A stretch of DNA of 64,000 nt from a virus: positions 27,266 through 91,265 of IMG/VR virus record IMGVR_UViG_3300002307_000002; one strand, given 5' to 3'. The notes beneath the pieces are model-generated. The model did not search any database, had not been told where the DNA came from, and worked only from the letters and a program-made list of their open reading frames with translations. Numbering within the stretch: position 1 is the stretch's first letter; the number at the start of each line of letters is the position of its first letter. The translations under genes and the position numbers were made by a program. This document shows positions 10,344-19,295 of the stretch, piece by piece.

Positions 10344-11121
10344 AGGAACGGAAGTTGAAGCTGGCCATAGACACTGCCTCCTTCTTCAGATAGGGCACGT
10401 CATATTTAACCGGCTTAGGATTTGGATTATCAGGTGTCGGATGTGGAAAATGGGTGATGCTCATCTTGCCAGGAAGGAACCCCTGGTACCCCAGCATGAG
10501 CATGTATATAGAAAGCTGTAAACAGTAATGCCACCAGTTGCAATCCTGTATGTGAGCAATTGGTGGCTTCATCATTTTACGCCTACCGTCTCTGAACTGG
10601 TAGCTTTCAAATGCCAGTTTCTCGTTGGTTTTGTAATCTTCAATGAAAGCGTATCTTTTTACCCTTTCGTAAGGATTGGCATGCTCTATCGGGTATTCTG
10701 TAAGCAGTATTACCTTGTCACTCCTACCAGCAATCTTGTACCCGTGGTGCCACAACTTAGCTTCAGTGTACACACCATCAGGCCGGGAAATCCATGGGTC
10801 AGTTTCCAGTATCATACCATCATGTACCGGCATCTGTCTGTTTTCATAGAAGTCTATCTGCCTGGATTTCAGTATCAGCTCTTGCTGATCGTGAATGTTG
10901 TTACCCCGTATCTTGGATTTCTCGTTTTTAGTGGCCCATTTGTCCTTCCAATATGCAGCAGTCATACCATGCTTACGGGCATAGTTTTCTGCTATGGTGT
11001 CTGTGTCAAACTCATTTGTGAATTTCTCCACAAGCTGAGAAGCAGATGTGTATCGTATCCCACCGAGTGAGTACAAGTGGGCTGAGTCGTTGTAGTCTAC
11101 CGGGGTGTCTTTGGTTAGCAT
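10312..11121 (-). CDS. PD-(D/E)XK exonuclease
   Basis: RGNNIH, IAGRSD, IEDYKT and HYCLQLSIY motifs. Confidence 0.85.
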   Translation of the reverse strand: MLTKDTPVDYNDSAHLYSLGGIRYTSASQLVEKFTNEFDTDTIAENYARKHGMTAAYWKDKWATKNEKSKIRGNNIHDQQELILKSRQIDFYENRQMPVHDGMILETDPWISRPDGVYTEAKLWHHGYKIAGRSDKVILLTEYPIEHANPYERVKRYAFIEDYKTNEKLAFESYQFRDGRRKMMKPPIAHIQDCNWWHYCLQLSIYMLMLGYQGFLPGKMSITHFPHPTPDNPNPKPVKYDVPYLKKEAVSMASFNFRSYESKTIKYNL

Positions 11122-11123
11122 TG

Positions 11124-11363
11124 TTAGTGCTTTGGGTGTGTAGTGTCTGTAGCAGCTTTATCCTGCATCTGTACCTGAGAGTATATTACTTGCTGAAGCT
11201 GAGTGATAACTGTGTGCTCTGCTTCACTTTTGTCAAGCGCGTAGCCTAATGCTTGCACTTGAGCAGGGGTGAGTATCAGATGGTATTGAGTTGGTGGATT
11301 GCCAACTTTGAATGCAAGAAGGCTCAAGGATAGCAGAAGGATGGCTCCTTTCAGTAGTTTCAT
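11124..11363 (-). CDS. small secreted/membrane hypothetical protein
   Basis: N-terminal signal-like segment MKLLKGAILLLSLSLLA. Confidence 0.55.
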   Translation of the reverse strand: MKLLKGAILLLSLSLLAFKVGNPPTQYHLILTPAQVQALGYALDKSEAEHTVITQLQQVIYSQVQMQDKAATDTTHPKH

Positions 11364-11385
11364 AGTATGGATTTTACGTGGTGGA

Positions 11386-11757
11386 TTATCGGGTTACAGC
11401 TTTAACAGCATACATCTGGGCTGTCTCCAGGTTGGTTTTGGCTATGGCTGCCAATCTGTTAATGCTTCCTACTTGTTTAGCTGAAAGCATGGTTGGCCCT
11501 GTTAGTTTAACTTTCACCCATTTGTCAATCTCATCATAAGTATCAGCAAATACTTGCTTGATACACTTGACATCTTCCCTCTGGCCCGGGTTGAATGTTA
11601 CCGACATCTCCTCTTGTCCCTCGGTTATGGTGCGTGTCTGAGCGTTGTGCAGTTCTTTCCAGGTTTTAAAGCTGTCTTCAATTACTGGCTGTCCAAGTGG
11701 TAATGTGGTTAGGTACTTACCAAATTCAAGAAGGTCTTGTTCTGTGTAGAGTTTCAT
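11386..11757 (-). CDS. Acb2/Tad1-like helical-hairpin protein (putative cyclic-nucleotide sponge) with N-terminal extension
   Basis: C-terminal FNP...VKCIK...RLAAIAKTNLETAQMYAVKAVT resembles the Acb2/Tad1 hairpin signature. Probable start is MKLY at 11757. Confidence 0.7.
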   Translation of the reverse strand: MKLYTEQDLLEFGKYLTTLPLGQPVIEDSFKTWKELHNAQTRTITEGQEEMSVTFNPGQREDVKCIKQVFADTYDEIDKWVKVKLTGPTMLSAKQVGSINRLAAIAKTNLETAQMYAVKAVTR

Positions 11758-11869
11758 AGTAAAGATGGATTGGATTAAGAAGATTAGCAACGGCCTGTCA
11801 CCGTGTGAGTGACCTATGAAGCCTAAGATACCCTCAAGCTGTGAGATGAGTGGAAGGTTTAACGGAGAG

Positions 11870-12211
11870 TTAACAATCTATATTTATATACGTTGAAATT
11901 CTCATATTTAAACCTTTAAACTCATCCGTAGTTATTAATCTTCCTAAGCATGGGTCATAAATATGGCCAGACATCCAGAGTACCCAATGCCAGTTATTTG
12001 TTCTCAGTGTTTTGTTTCTTGATATACACAAGGCTGTGTGATGTGTAGGTTTTTTTGTCTTCTTTCCAAGTTTTATATGTACTGATAGCTCTTTAGTAGT
12101 AGTTCCTTTAACATGCCCTATTAACTTGATAGCAGATTCAAGCGATATGTTTAACACAGTAGCAAGACAGCAATGCCCACAAAGACTACTTCCGGTTGGT
12201 TGTTGTATCAT
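11870..12211 (-). CDS. papain-like/C39-type peptidase domain protein
   Basis: QQP...CGHCCLATV (Cys), HWVLW (His) and IYDP (Asp). Probable start is MIQQ at 12211. Confidence 0.65.
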   Translation of the reverse strand: MIQQPTGSSLCGHCCLATVLNISLESAIKLIGHVKGTTTKELSVHIKLGKKTKKPTHHTALCISRNKTLRTNNWHWVLWMSGHIYDPCLGRLITTDEFKGLNMRISTYINIDC

Positions 12212-12471
12212 GGAATGTAAAATACATCCGAGTAAATGTTTTTGTGTACTGTTTACTATACAGCTTGAGTTCTGGTGATAGTGGTAAGTAAAAAGGAGTG
12301 AGATGGATTTATAGGACATGTGTGTTGGTGGGGAGAGGTACCACCTCCATCGCCACTCCCCCTCGAAATCTTGGCGGGAAAGGTACCGGGGTGCTTGTGC
12401 AAGCAAAGCATTCAGGCTGCTGGAAAAAATTCCCGACCGTAAAAGAATTCTTAACCACAAACTTAAATACA

Positions 12472-12687
12472 ATGAAAACGTCATCTAAAATCGCACTTGC
12501 TCTGTTCTTGCTTCTTGCCCCTATCATATTTGTATATGGGGCATACTTCCTTACATTGGAAGCATTTGATTTTAAAGCAGTGTTTCATCATCATCTGTTT
12601 CGTATCACAGTTACCCTGTATTATGCAGGATTGGGTATATTCCAATTCTCCAGAATGTTGGGAAAAGCCACATCTTCTTGGTATTAG
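12472..12687 (+). CDS. small two-TM membrane protein
   Basis: MKTSSKIALALFLLLAPIIF...; followed by the hairpin AGCCCC-TTAACT-GGGGCT-TT. Confidence 0.5.
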   Translation: MKTSSKIALALFLLLAPIIFVYGAYFLTLEAFDFKAVFHHHLFRITVTLYYAGLGIFQFSRMLGKATSSWY

Positions 12688-12776
12688 TTATCAGCCCCTT
12701 AACTGGGGCTTTCTTATGTCTTAATTATCCTTAACTATAAAACCTTACGGAGATACAGGGTTAACCGTATTAAGCT

Positions 12777-13454
12777 ATGTCACGCAAAATTGTAATCGGC
12801 GACAACGAAATCGAATTGAAAGAAAGTGCTATCAAGTGGACACTTACCACAACACAGGCAGTGTTTAACAAACGCAGGGAGTATTCTGCTGAGCATGCTG
12901 GTTCACGCTTTAAGTTTCTGGTAGGTAAAGCAGGTGCTCAAGTTGTACAGGCTATGGCTGTAGTGAATGCCAAGGGTGAAACTGTAATGGCTGCCAATGG
13001 CTCTGGTGTATTGCTGAAAAAGATTTACAACCTGGTTGCCAACAGTGCAGAGGCTGTAAGAAGGCTTGAGCCGGTATTGATGGCCGCAGTGGATGCTGAA
13101 GAAGGTGGCGACAAAGACCTTGCAGCAGACCTGTACAACTATTACCTGAACCGCACTGCCATCAGCTTCAACGTGTTGAGCACATCCAGCCAGTATGAGC
13201 AGGATTTGTGCATGAGCGAGATTGAGGCTGAGCTTCAGGAAGTGAAAACCGAGAATGGCAGTATCCTGACCATTGCTGCTGGTACTATCAAGGTGCTTAA
13301 AGCTGAGTATGGTGCTAAGGCTGCTGAGCTTCCAAGCAATCCATTTGCTCGTATTGCTGCACAGCGTAAGGCTGCTACCGGGAAGGATGGTAGTGGTGAG
13401 GGTGTGAGAACACATCAGGTGAACATACCTGAAGGTGCTGCACTGACCGTGTAA
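12777..13454 (+). CDS. hypothetical protein
   Basis: 225 aa ORF with codon usage like the highly expressed genes; hairpin downstream. Confidence 0.7.
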   Translation: MSRKIVIGDNEIELKESAIKWTLTTTQAVFNKRREYSAEHAGSRFKFLVGKAGAQVVQAMAVVNAKGETVMAANGSGVLLKKIYNLVANSAEAVRRLEPVLMAAVDAEEGGDKDLAADLYNYYLNRTAISFNVLSTSSQYEQDLCMSEIEAELQEVKTENGSILTIAAGTIKVLKAEYGAKAAELPSNPFARIAAQRKAATGKDGSGEGVRTHQVNIPEGAALTV

Positions 13455-13552
13455 AGCTGGAGATGAATGAGCTGGAGGGAGGATGGGTGATGCCTGTCCT
13501 CTCTTCACAGCTTGAGGAATCTTAATTGTTAACTGTTAGTCAATCTTACTGT

Positions 13553-13681
13553 ATGAAAAGAGTTTGGGTATGGTGTAACAACCAGGGTAAACAGGTGTAT
13601 CGCCTGCTGGGTACTACCCTTCAGCTACAGGCTGGAGAGGCCATCTTCATCAACGGAGTAGAACACTTCGTGAGAGGGTGA
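13553..13681 (+). CDS. small hypothetical protein (42 aa)
   Basis: MKRVWVWCNNQGKQVYRLLGTTLQLQAGEAIFINGVEHFVRG; below the ORF-track cutoff. Confidence 0.4.
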   Translation: MKRVWVWCNNQGKQVYRLLGTTLQLQAGEAIFINGVEHFVRG

Positions 13682-13755
13682 GGGAGATTATGGGGGGGGG
13701 GAATGAATAGGAGATTGTGTGATGGATTGTGTGGTAGATGGCAATGTGTGTGTGG

Positions 13756-13796
13756 GCCTTCCATCCCTGGCTTCGGCTGGGGGTGGAGGGCTTTTT
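13756..13796 (+). terminator. strong intrinsic terminator
   Basis: GCCTTCCATCCCTGGC-TTCG-GCTGGGGGTGGAGGGC followed by TTTTT; C(UUCG)G tetraloop; lies between convergent genes. Confidence 0.8.
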
Positions 13797-13834
13797 CGTT
13801 GAACGCAGGGTCAACTCGTCCCGATTGTGGTCAG

Positions 13835-14422
13835 TTATCCAACCTCATCGAAGGATTGCCTCGTCCCTCTTGTGGTAGCTGTAGGCTGTACTCCTGGGAG
13901 AGTGGATATGTCCATGAGCTTGAGCTGAACCTCGTCCTCTTTGTATCCCAGTTTACGTATGTTATCCATACTCACACGGGAAACTCCTTCCAGTTCTTTG
14001 GCTGTGCAAGCAAGGACAGCAGTCTTAGTGCCCTTACGGATGAACTCGGGATTGACGAAGTGAATGCAATGGTCTTCAGTACGAATAATAACACCATTCT
14101 CTTTCAACTCCTTGAGGGCCTGGGAGTCAGCAGTGGATTTAGTGGGGTCGAAGTACCAGAGGGCATTGTTCAGGCAGAGACTAGGCATAAGCTGAGTACA
14201 GATAATCTTAGTTGCACGGGCGCTCAGCTTGGGGTTAGCCAGGAGAGTGGCATCAATTACAACAATATTTTCAGGAATATATCGAGATTTGTATCCAGTA
14301 TCCAATTTTTTGTACGAGCTTTGCGTGTATTCCTCAAAGGTTACCCGTTTAACCACTCCTTCATTGCATGCCTTCACGTACATCTGCAGAGAGATGATAT
14401 AAGCCTTAGATTTCATATTCAT
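13835..14422 (-). CDS. RepL-like/wHTH replication-initiator-like protein
   Basis: ALKELKENGVI...HFVNPEFIRKG resembles the RepL-type HTH (Y/F-x-VNP-x-F-xx-G). Confidence 0.55.
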   Translation of the reverse strand: MNMKSKAYIISLQMYVKACNEGVVKRVTFEEYTQSSYKKLDTGYKSRYIPENIVVIDATLLANPKLSARATKIICTQLMPSLCLNNALWYFDPTKSTADSQALKELKENGVIIRTEDHCIHFVNPEFIRKGTKTAVLACTAKELEGVSRVSMDNIRKLGYKEDEVQLKLMDISTLPGVQPTATTRGTRQSFDEVG

Positions 14423-14854
14423 ACTGATAGTTTACCTGGTTTAAGATTCAACAAAATTAGAACTTTGGAAGGACATTTTCAAGAAATGTTGAACCCAAAA
14501 TCGCTGAAACCCAATACCAGTAAGGGGTGATGTAGTCTCCCTCTTTATAGATAGGGGTTCACTCACCAGCTTGGGCCAGAATCAGCACAACATGCAGGAA
14601 TTCTGCAAAAACAGGGGGTTGACTACAAGAAATCTGCATGAATTTGGGTTAGTCGCTCAGGCTCCCCGGAACTCCATCCCCTTTTCCCTCTCCTTCCCTT
14701 CCTTTCTCACTCCTTTCTGGAACACTCATTCCTATTCTATCCAGCCATCTCCCACCACTCCTCTCTCCTCAGCTTTTGGATTTTCCCTCTTTCCACCTAT
14801 CTTCGCCCACACAAGCTGAGTGAAAAACTGGACTCAACTCACACATTTCCCACA

Positions 14855-15135
14855 AATCTTTAAATCTTTTCACAATGCAAACAGGTGCTCCTCCCTTCTA
14901 TGTTAATGCAGAGTCTCTTATATTCCTTCACAGGGGTGACATTCTTCCCATATCCAAACAAATAGCAGATAGTCTCAAACGTACAGGTAAATCCGCTAGG
15001 AACACACATGACTGGTCAATTACCTTTCAAGTGTACATTCCTGGCTGTAATGACTTATGTGATCTAAGATACTGGGGCAATGGTAAGATACTCATACAAT
15101 TAGGCTCAGATTTGTAATCTTTAAATCTTTTCACA
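14855..15135 (+). repeat. 20-bp direct repeat AATCTTTAAATCTTTTCACA flanking a small ORF
   Basis: Exact copies at 14855-14874 and 15116-15135. Confidence 0.85.
14875..15117 (+). CDS. hypothetical protein
   Basis: 80 aa ORF between the direct repeats. Confidence 0.5.
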   Translation: MQTGAPPFYVNAESLIFLHRGDILPISKQIADSLKRTGKSARNTHDWSITFQVYIPGCNDLCDLRYWGNGKILIQLGSDL

Positions 15136-15144
15136 TGTTAATAT

Positions 15145-15314
15145 GTATGAGTGGCGGAATTGGTATACGCAACCAGCTTGAGAGCTCCATTCTGGTTTCA
15201 ATGCACCTGACTCGTACTCAGGTTAAGCCGGATAACAGTTACCGGTCACTTCCACCAGGCTTTCCGGGGGTGTAGCATAATTCTCTATTGCAGGTTCGAT
15301 TCCTGTCTCATACA
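15145..15314 (+). ncRNA. enlarged tRNA-like RNA (Leu-type frame, 170 nt)
   Basis: Acceptor GTATGAG/CTCATAC-A, D-arm GCGGAATTGGTATACGC and T-arm GCAGG-TTCGATT-CCTGT, with about 85 extra nt between the D and T arms. Confidence 0.7.
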
Positions 15315-15339
15315 CTTTATTCATAATCAAACTTATTCT

Positions 15340-15714
15340 ATGCTGTTAACTGAAATTGAAGCAGCCAGAGAGAAACAAAGGCTTAGACGTACAGCCTGGG
15401 ATTGGTGGCGGGGTGTACTTACTACTGAACAACGGATACAATTGATGGGTACATATTTTCCTAAATGTAAGCATACCTGGAGACTAAGCTTAGATGATAT
15501 TACAGACATCCAGCAACGTACAACCATCTTAGGCTTGTCTCAGGAATGGCTCAAGGCTATGTCTGCAGACCAGTGGACTACCATCATTGACCAATGGAAG
15601 AAAGTCACCAAAGATTATTCACGCCTGGATTGGTCACCGGCCATGATTGCTACATCAACTATCGCTGTAGAACGTGTTTATAGAGAGATGGTATTGGGAG
15701 AGAATTTTAAATAA
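15340..15714 (+). CDS. hypothetical protein
   Basis: 124 aa ORF. Confidence 0.55.
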   Translation: MLLTEIEAAREKQRLRRTAWDWWRGVLTTEQRIQLMGTYFPKCKHTWRLSLDDITDIQQRTTILGLSQEWLKAMSADQWTTIIDQWKKVTKDYSRLDWSPAMIATSTIAVERVYREMVLGENFK

Positions 15715-15841
15715 TTCCCTCAAAAAGTTTTGTTAATATCAACTCTATCTGTATCTTAGCATTCTCACATCACCCGACCTATTCTTCGCCCAAGCAGGGG
15801 CAAATTACACAATCTTAATTCATCACAACAAACTCATTATC

Positions 15842-16054
15842 ATGCTACAAATATGCCTGATAGGTTACTACGTTACAGTAATCATTGCCTACTTTATAGC
15901 CATACGAAACCACGCTCGTAAAAATTATCTTCACGAAGGTGATTGGGCATCGGTTTTCACAGGTTTAGTCCTTTCACATTCTTGGCCTTTTGTACTACTT
16001 GCCCTATATTTTACAGAACATCCACCAAAACACAAGCCACCTAAATGGCTATAA
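15842..16054 (+). CDS. small membrane protein
   Basis: Two hydrophobic segments. Confidence 0.5.
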   Translation: MLQICLIGYYVTVIIAYFIAIRNHARKNYLHEGDWASVFTGLVLSHSWPFVLLALYFTEHPPKHKPPKWL

Positions 16055-16069
16055 CCAATCCTCACTCCT

Positions 16070-16186
16070 ATGAATCCAGAACAACTCATCAACAACATTC
16101 TTCAAACTTATTTCCTCGTATTGGCAGTATGTAGCGGCACGATTGCATGCTATGGTATTGCCTGTAAGCTGAGGAAGAAAACTTAA
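16070..16186 (+). CDS. small single-TM protein (38 aa)
   Basis: MNPEQLINNILQTYFLVLAVCSGTIACYGIACKLRKKT; below the track cutoff. Confidence 0.4.
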   Translation: MNPEQLINNILQTYFLVLAVCSGTIACYGIACKLRKKT

Positions 16187-16191
16187 ATATT

Positions 16192-16923
16192 ATGGAAATT
16201 ACTCCCAGGTTTCCTGAAGGCACCACTGTGCTCTTTACACTGCATCCTGACAACCCCTCCCCATTAAAAGGGAAGGTTGTAAATTACATTCTTGGATACT
16301 ACAGCAGATTTGCCCGTATAGAATCTGGTAAAATAGAACATGTGGTTAATGAAACTCAAATCATCGGTCCGTACAACGGCACCCATACTTCATCCTCAGC
16401 TGATAGGCCAGAGCAGATTAAGCCTTTTGTTTATAAGAGTGGTGATAAGGTAGTAGTTAAAGCCGATACTACCGGGCATAAGTTTCCAATAGGCACTGTA
16501 GCAGAAGTATCTGCATTTGGACGGGATAACACTCTTTTACTTAAAGGCCCAGGATTTTTTGGAATGCTTAAAGCCGATGATGTAGAATTAGCTTGTACCT
16601 CTAAACTTCTACACCCTGAAACAACTCCTTCTTACAAAGTTGGAGATAGGGTGAGAATTACTACCAACTCACGTTCTCATTTATTTACACCAGGAGATAT
16701 TGGAGTTATTACAGCAATTCATAAGAGTGGAACGTATTCAGTAACGGTAGGCACTGTAGACCAGCTTCTTAGGTCTGATAGTATTGAACCGATGGAAGAA
16801 AGCCTTTCATACACAGCAGACTTGTCATTACATCTTGCCAACTTCTACCAATGGCTTTGCCCGCACCACAGTAAGGGTCACATCGAGCAGACAGTTAACG
16901 AATTTCTAAATTCTCAAACATGA
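16192..16923 (+). CDS. protein with repeated KOW/SH3-like modules
   Basis: YKSGDKVVV...GHKFPIGTV and YKVGDRVRI...HLFTPGDIG repeats. Confidence 0.6.
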   Translation: MEITPRFPEGTTVLFTLHPDNPSPLKGKVVNYILGYYSRFARIESGKIEHVVNETQIIGPYNGTHTSSSADRPEQIKPFVYKSGDKVVVKADTTGHKFPIGTVAEVSAFGRDNTLLLKGPGFFGMLKADDVELACTSKLLHPETTPSYKVGDRVRITTNSRSHLFTPGDIGVITAIHKSGTYSVTVGTVDQLLRSDSIEPMEESLSYTADLSLHLANFYQWLCPHHSKGHIEQTVNEFLNSQT

Positions 16924-17069
16924 AACGTCCTGTAACACCTGGCCATGTGCTTATCCTGGCCTTCATCCTCAGCTATTGTGTACTGGTTACGATAGTTGTG
17001 GTATATAAATGGAAAGATAACCAGATTGAGGTAACACAACAAAACACCAAGCATGTCCAATTACATTAA
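16920..17069 (+). CDS. small single-TM protein (49 aa)
   Basis: MKRPVTPGHVLILAFILSYCVLVTIVVVYKWK...; ATGA overlap with the upstream gene. Confidence 0.45.
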   Translation: MKRPVTPGHVLILAFILSYCVLVTIVVVYKWKDNQIEVTQQNTKHVQLH

Positions 17070-17211
17070 AACTCTTGCTATTCTACCTCTTACAGTGTTT
17101 TGTGCTGGGCCGTAGCCACCTTAACATGGGTAATAGGATTGGTAATAATTACAGCCAGTGTTACTAAGAAGAATTCAAAGAATTGACTAACACATTCAAA
17201 AACAACAAGCA

Positions 17212-17883
17212 ATGACAACAACTATACAGGGTGTGACAATCACCCTCACAGATGAGCAGATAGCTGAGATTGAAAAGCAACAGGCTGCTGCTAAACAACC
17301 AAAATTCAAAGTGGGGGATAAAGTCCGTATATTAGGTTCTACAAGGGCATGTACCAACAATCAAATTGGGGTAATCATAGGTATTTCAAACGATGGGAGC
17401 CTTGAAGTATCTTTTCCACAACCTACTGACTGGTGCCATTACGATCCAAAATGGCTTGAGCTTGTACCTGAAACCATCATGGATAAGGTGAAAAGCTGGG
17501 AAGATGCCGGGAAATTGCTTAACCCTTCTTATTGGGTAATGGACAGTGGCAAAATATACAAAGGGAATAACACTTTCAATAAAAGCGAAGATGTAATAAA
17601 TGTTACTTCTGAGCTTCGTGCTAAATCTATCCGTGCTTATGGGCAGCTTTCAGTGATTGCTGATGCACTAAATGAGGGTAAACTGGGTACAGTCTCAATA
17701 TACTGGAACGAGCGTAACAGCAAGATTGAGCCCTATAGCTATGCAGCTTCTGCTGGTGTGGTTAAGTTTGCTACGTTTGAATTAGCTAACTATGCTATCC
17801 AGCAGTTTGCCCCTCTCTGGTACGATTACTTCATGGTTCCAAACCCCAATCAAGGTTCCGATGACAGCACATGTAATCCATAA
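17212..17883 (+). CDS. hypothetical protein with KOW/SH3-like module
   Basis: FKVGDKVRI motif. Confidence 0.6.
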   Translation: MTTTIQGVTITLTDEQIAEIEKQQAAAKQPKFKVGDKVRILGSTRACTNNQIGVIIGISNDGSLEVSFPQPTDWCHYDPKWLELVPETIMDKVKSWEDAGKLLNPSYWVMDSGKIYKGNNTFNKSEDVINVTSELRAKSIRAYGQLSVIADALNEGKLGTVSIYWNERNSKIEPYSYAASAGVVKFATFELANYAIQQFAPLWYDYFMVPNPNQGSDDSTCNP

Positions 17884-18457
17884 CATTAACCGGCCTGACC
17901 GACTGGCCAATATCATCAAACAAGCTGATGAGCAAGGCTTTGAATTTGAAATACATGCAGCAACCATGGATGAGGACAATCCCGTCCGTGGTTGCCATCT
18001 CTCTCACAGAAAGATAGTCCAGAAAGCTAAAGACGAGGGCTGGCCTTGTGTCTGGATTATGGAAGATGATTGTATGTTTACAGGCCCAGGAGCTGTTAAG
18101 CATTTCCTTAGGAGTATTCCTATGATTTACAGAATTTATACTGGGGGCAGTTATGGGACTCATAAAACATATCATAAAGATGTTTATTACACTTATCCTC
18201 AGTCCATATCTGGTACACATTGTTATATACTAAGAAATTCAGTGTATGGACAGTTTCTTGGTATGGACGAAAATGAGCATTTAGATGTGGTTATAAGCAA
18301 AACTTTTGCACTTGAAGACAAGGTAGCTATTGTAATGCCAGCCCAGATAATAGCGTTGCAGATGCCAGGATACAGCGATATTACCAGACAGGAAGTAAAT
18401 TACAACAACGACAAGTACCTCTGGCAGTACGAGTTGTGGAAAGGAGATGGCGTATGA
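17861..18457 (+). CDS. GT25-like glycosyltransferase
   Basis: INRPDR, GCHLSH, IMEDD, GTHCY and HLD motifs of GT25-like enzymes. Probable start 17861. Confidence 0.75.
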   Translation: MTAHVIHNINRPDRLANIIKQADEQGFEFEIHAATMDEDNPVRGCHLSHRKIVQKAKDEGWPCVWIMEDDCMFTGPGAVKHFLRSIPMIYRIYTGGSYGTHKTYHKDVYYTYPQSISGTHCYILRNSVYGQFLGMDENEHLDVVISKTFALEDKVAIVMPAQIIALQMPGYSDITRQEVNYNNDKYLWQYELWKGDGV

Positions 18458-19050
18458 AAATAGCTGAAAACGGAGCCTGGCTCAACGAGACGAATGAGGG
18501 GCATTGCTTTGACAGTAATTTGGCTGGTGGTATTGTACGTTTTATGGGTGAACACAGCCTAGTATCTGTATTAGACTTGGGCTGTGGAAATGGCTTGTAT
18601 GTAAAATGGTTTAATTCAGCGCCAGAGTTTATAGTGTCATTAGGTGTGGATGGAAATCCACATACAACTGAACTGGGAGGAGTACTTTGTACAACAGCGG
18701 ATTTAAGTAAACCACTTGATATTAATAATTCCATCCACAGGAGTCTGCCACGAATGCAACATTTCAGCTTAATCCTCAGCTTGGAGGTAGGAGAGCACAT
18801 CCCAGCAGAATACGAAAGCACATTTCTCGACAATGTAGTCAAGTATGCCAAAGATTGGATTATCCTAAGCTGGGCAATACCTGGGCAGACTGGCGATGGC
18901 CATGTAAATTGCAGGCCAAACGGCTACATAGCCGGTGAGATGGAAATGCGTGGCTTTGCATCGCAAATGGGTGAGACTGAAAAGCTTAGAGAAGCTTCAA
19001 CTCTGCCGTGGTTCAAAGACACATTGATGGTATTTAAACGAATAACATGA
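18454..19050 (+). CDS. class I SAM-dependent methyltransferase
   Basis: VLDLGCGNG, SLEVGEHI and PGQTGDGHVNC motifs; ATGA-coupled to the glycosyltransferase. Confidence 0.85.
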   Translation: MKIAENGAWLNETNEGHCFDSNLAGGIVRFMGEHSLVSVLDLGCGNGLYVKWFNSAPEFIVSLGVDGNPHTTELGGVLCTTADLSKPLDINNSIHRSLPRMQHFSLILSLEVGEHIPAEYESTFLDNVVKYAKDWIILSWAIPGQTGDGHVNCRPNGYIAGEMEMRGFASQMGETEKLREASTLPWFKDTLMVFKRIT

Positions 19051-19295
19051 TACCAAAAGCTAATATCATTGGTAGAGCAAAAGCTAAACATATACCTGAA
19101 GGAGCAGAGTATGCATTGCTTAGCCATGACCAGAACTTTGTCCAAATATTCATACGTTTCTTCGCTGAAGCTTACAATGATGGTACAACCATTAAACGCT
19201 TGCAGTTTTGGGGAGCCAATCAAAGTTGGGAATACGCTATAGCTGAACAAGAATGGTACACATCTGACAAACGGTACATTCAAATTATAAACTAA
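19047..19295 (+). CDS. hypothetical protein
   Basis: 82 aa ORF with ATGA overlap. Confidence 0.5.
   Translation: MIPKANIIGRAKAKHIPEGAEYALLSHDQNFVQIFIRFFAEAYNDGTTIKRLQFWGANQSWEYAIAEQEWYTSDKRYIQIIN

Noticed and set aside
13703-14530. 275-aa plus-strand ORF and other antisense ORFs in the track (e.g. 5180-5791, 12903-13508, 40033-40545)
   Set aside because: These are shadow frames opposite better-supported genes, and this one also crosses a terminator.
15172-15289. Group I intron inside tRNA-Leu
   Set aside because: The insert is too short and lacks the P/Q/R/S core motifs.
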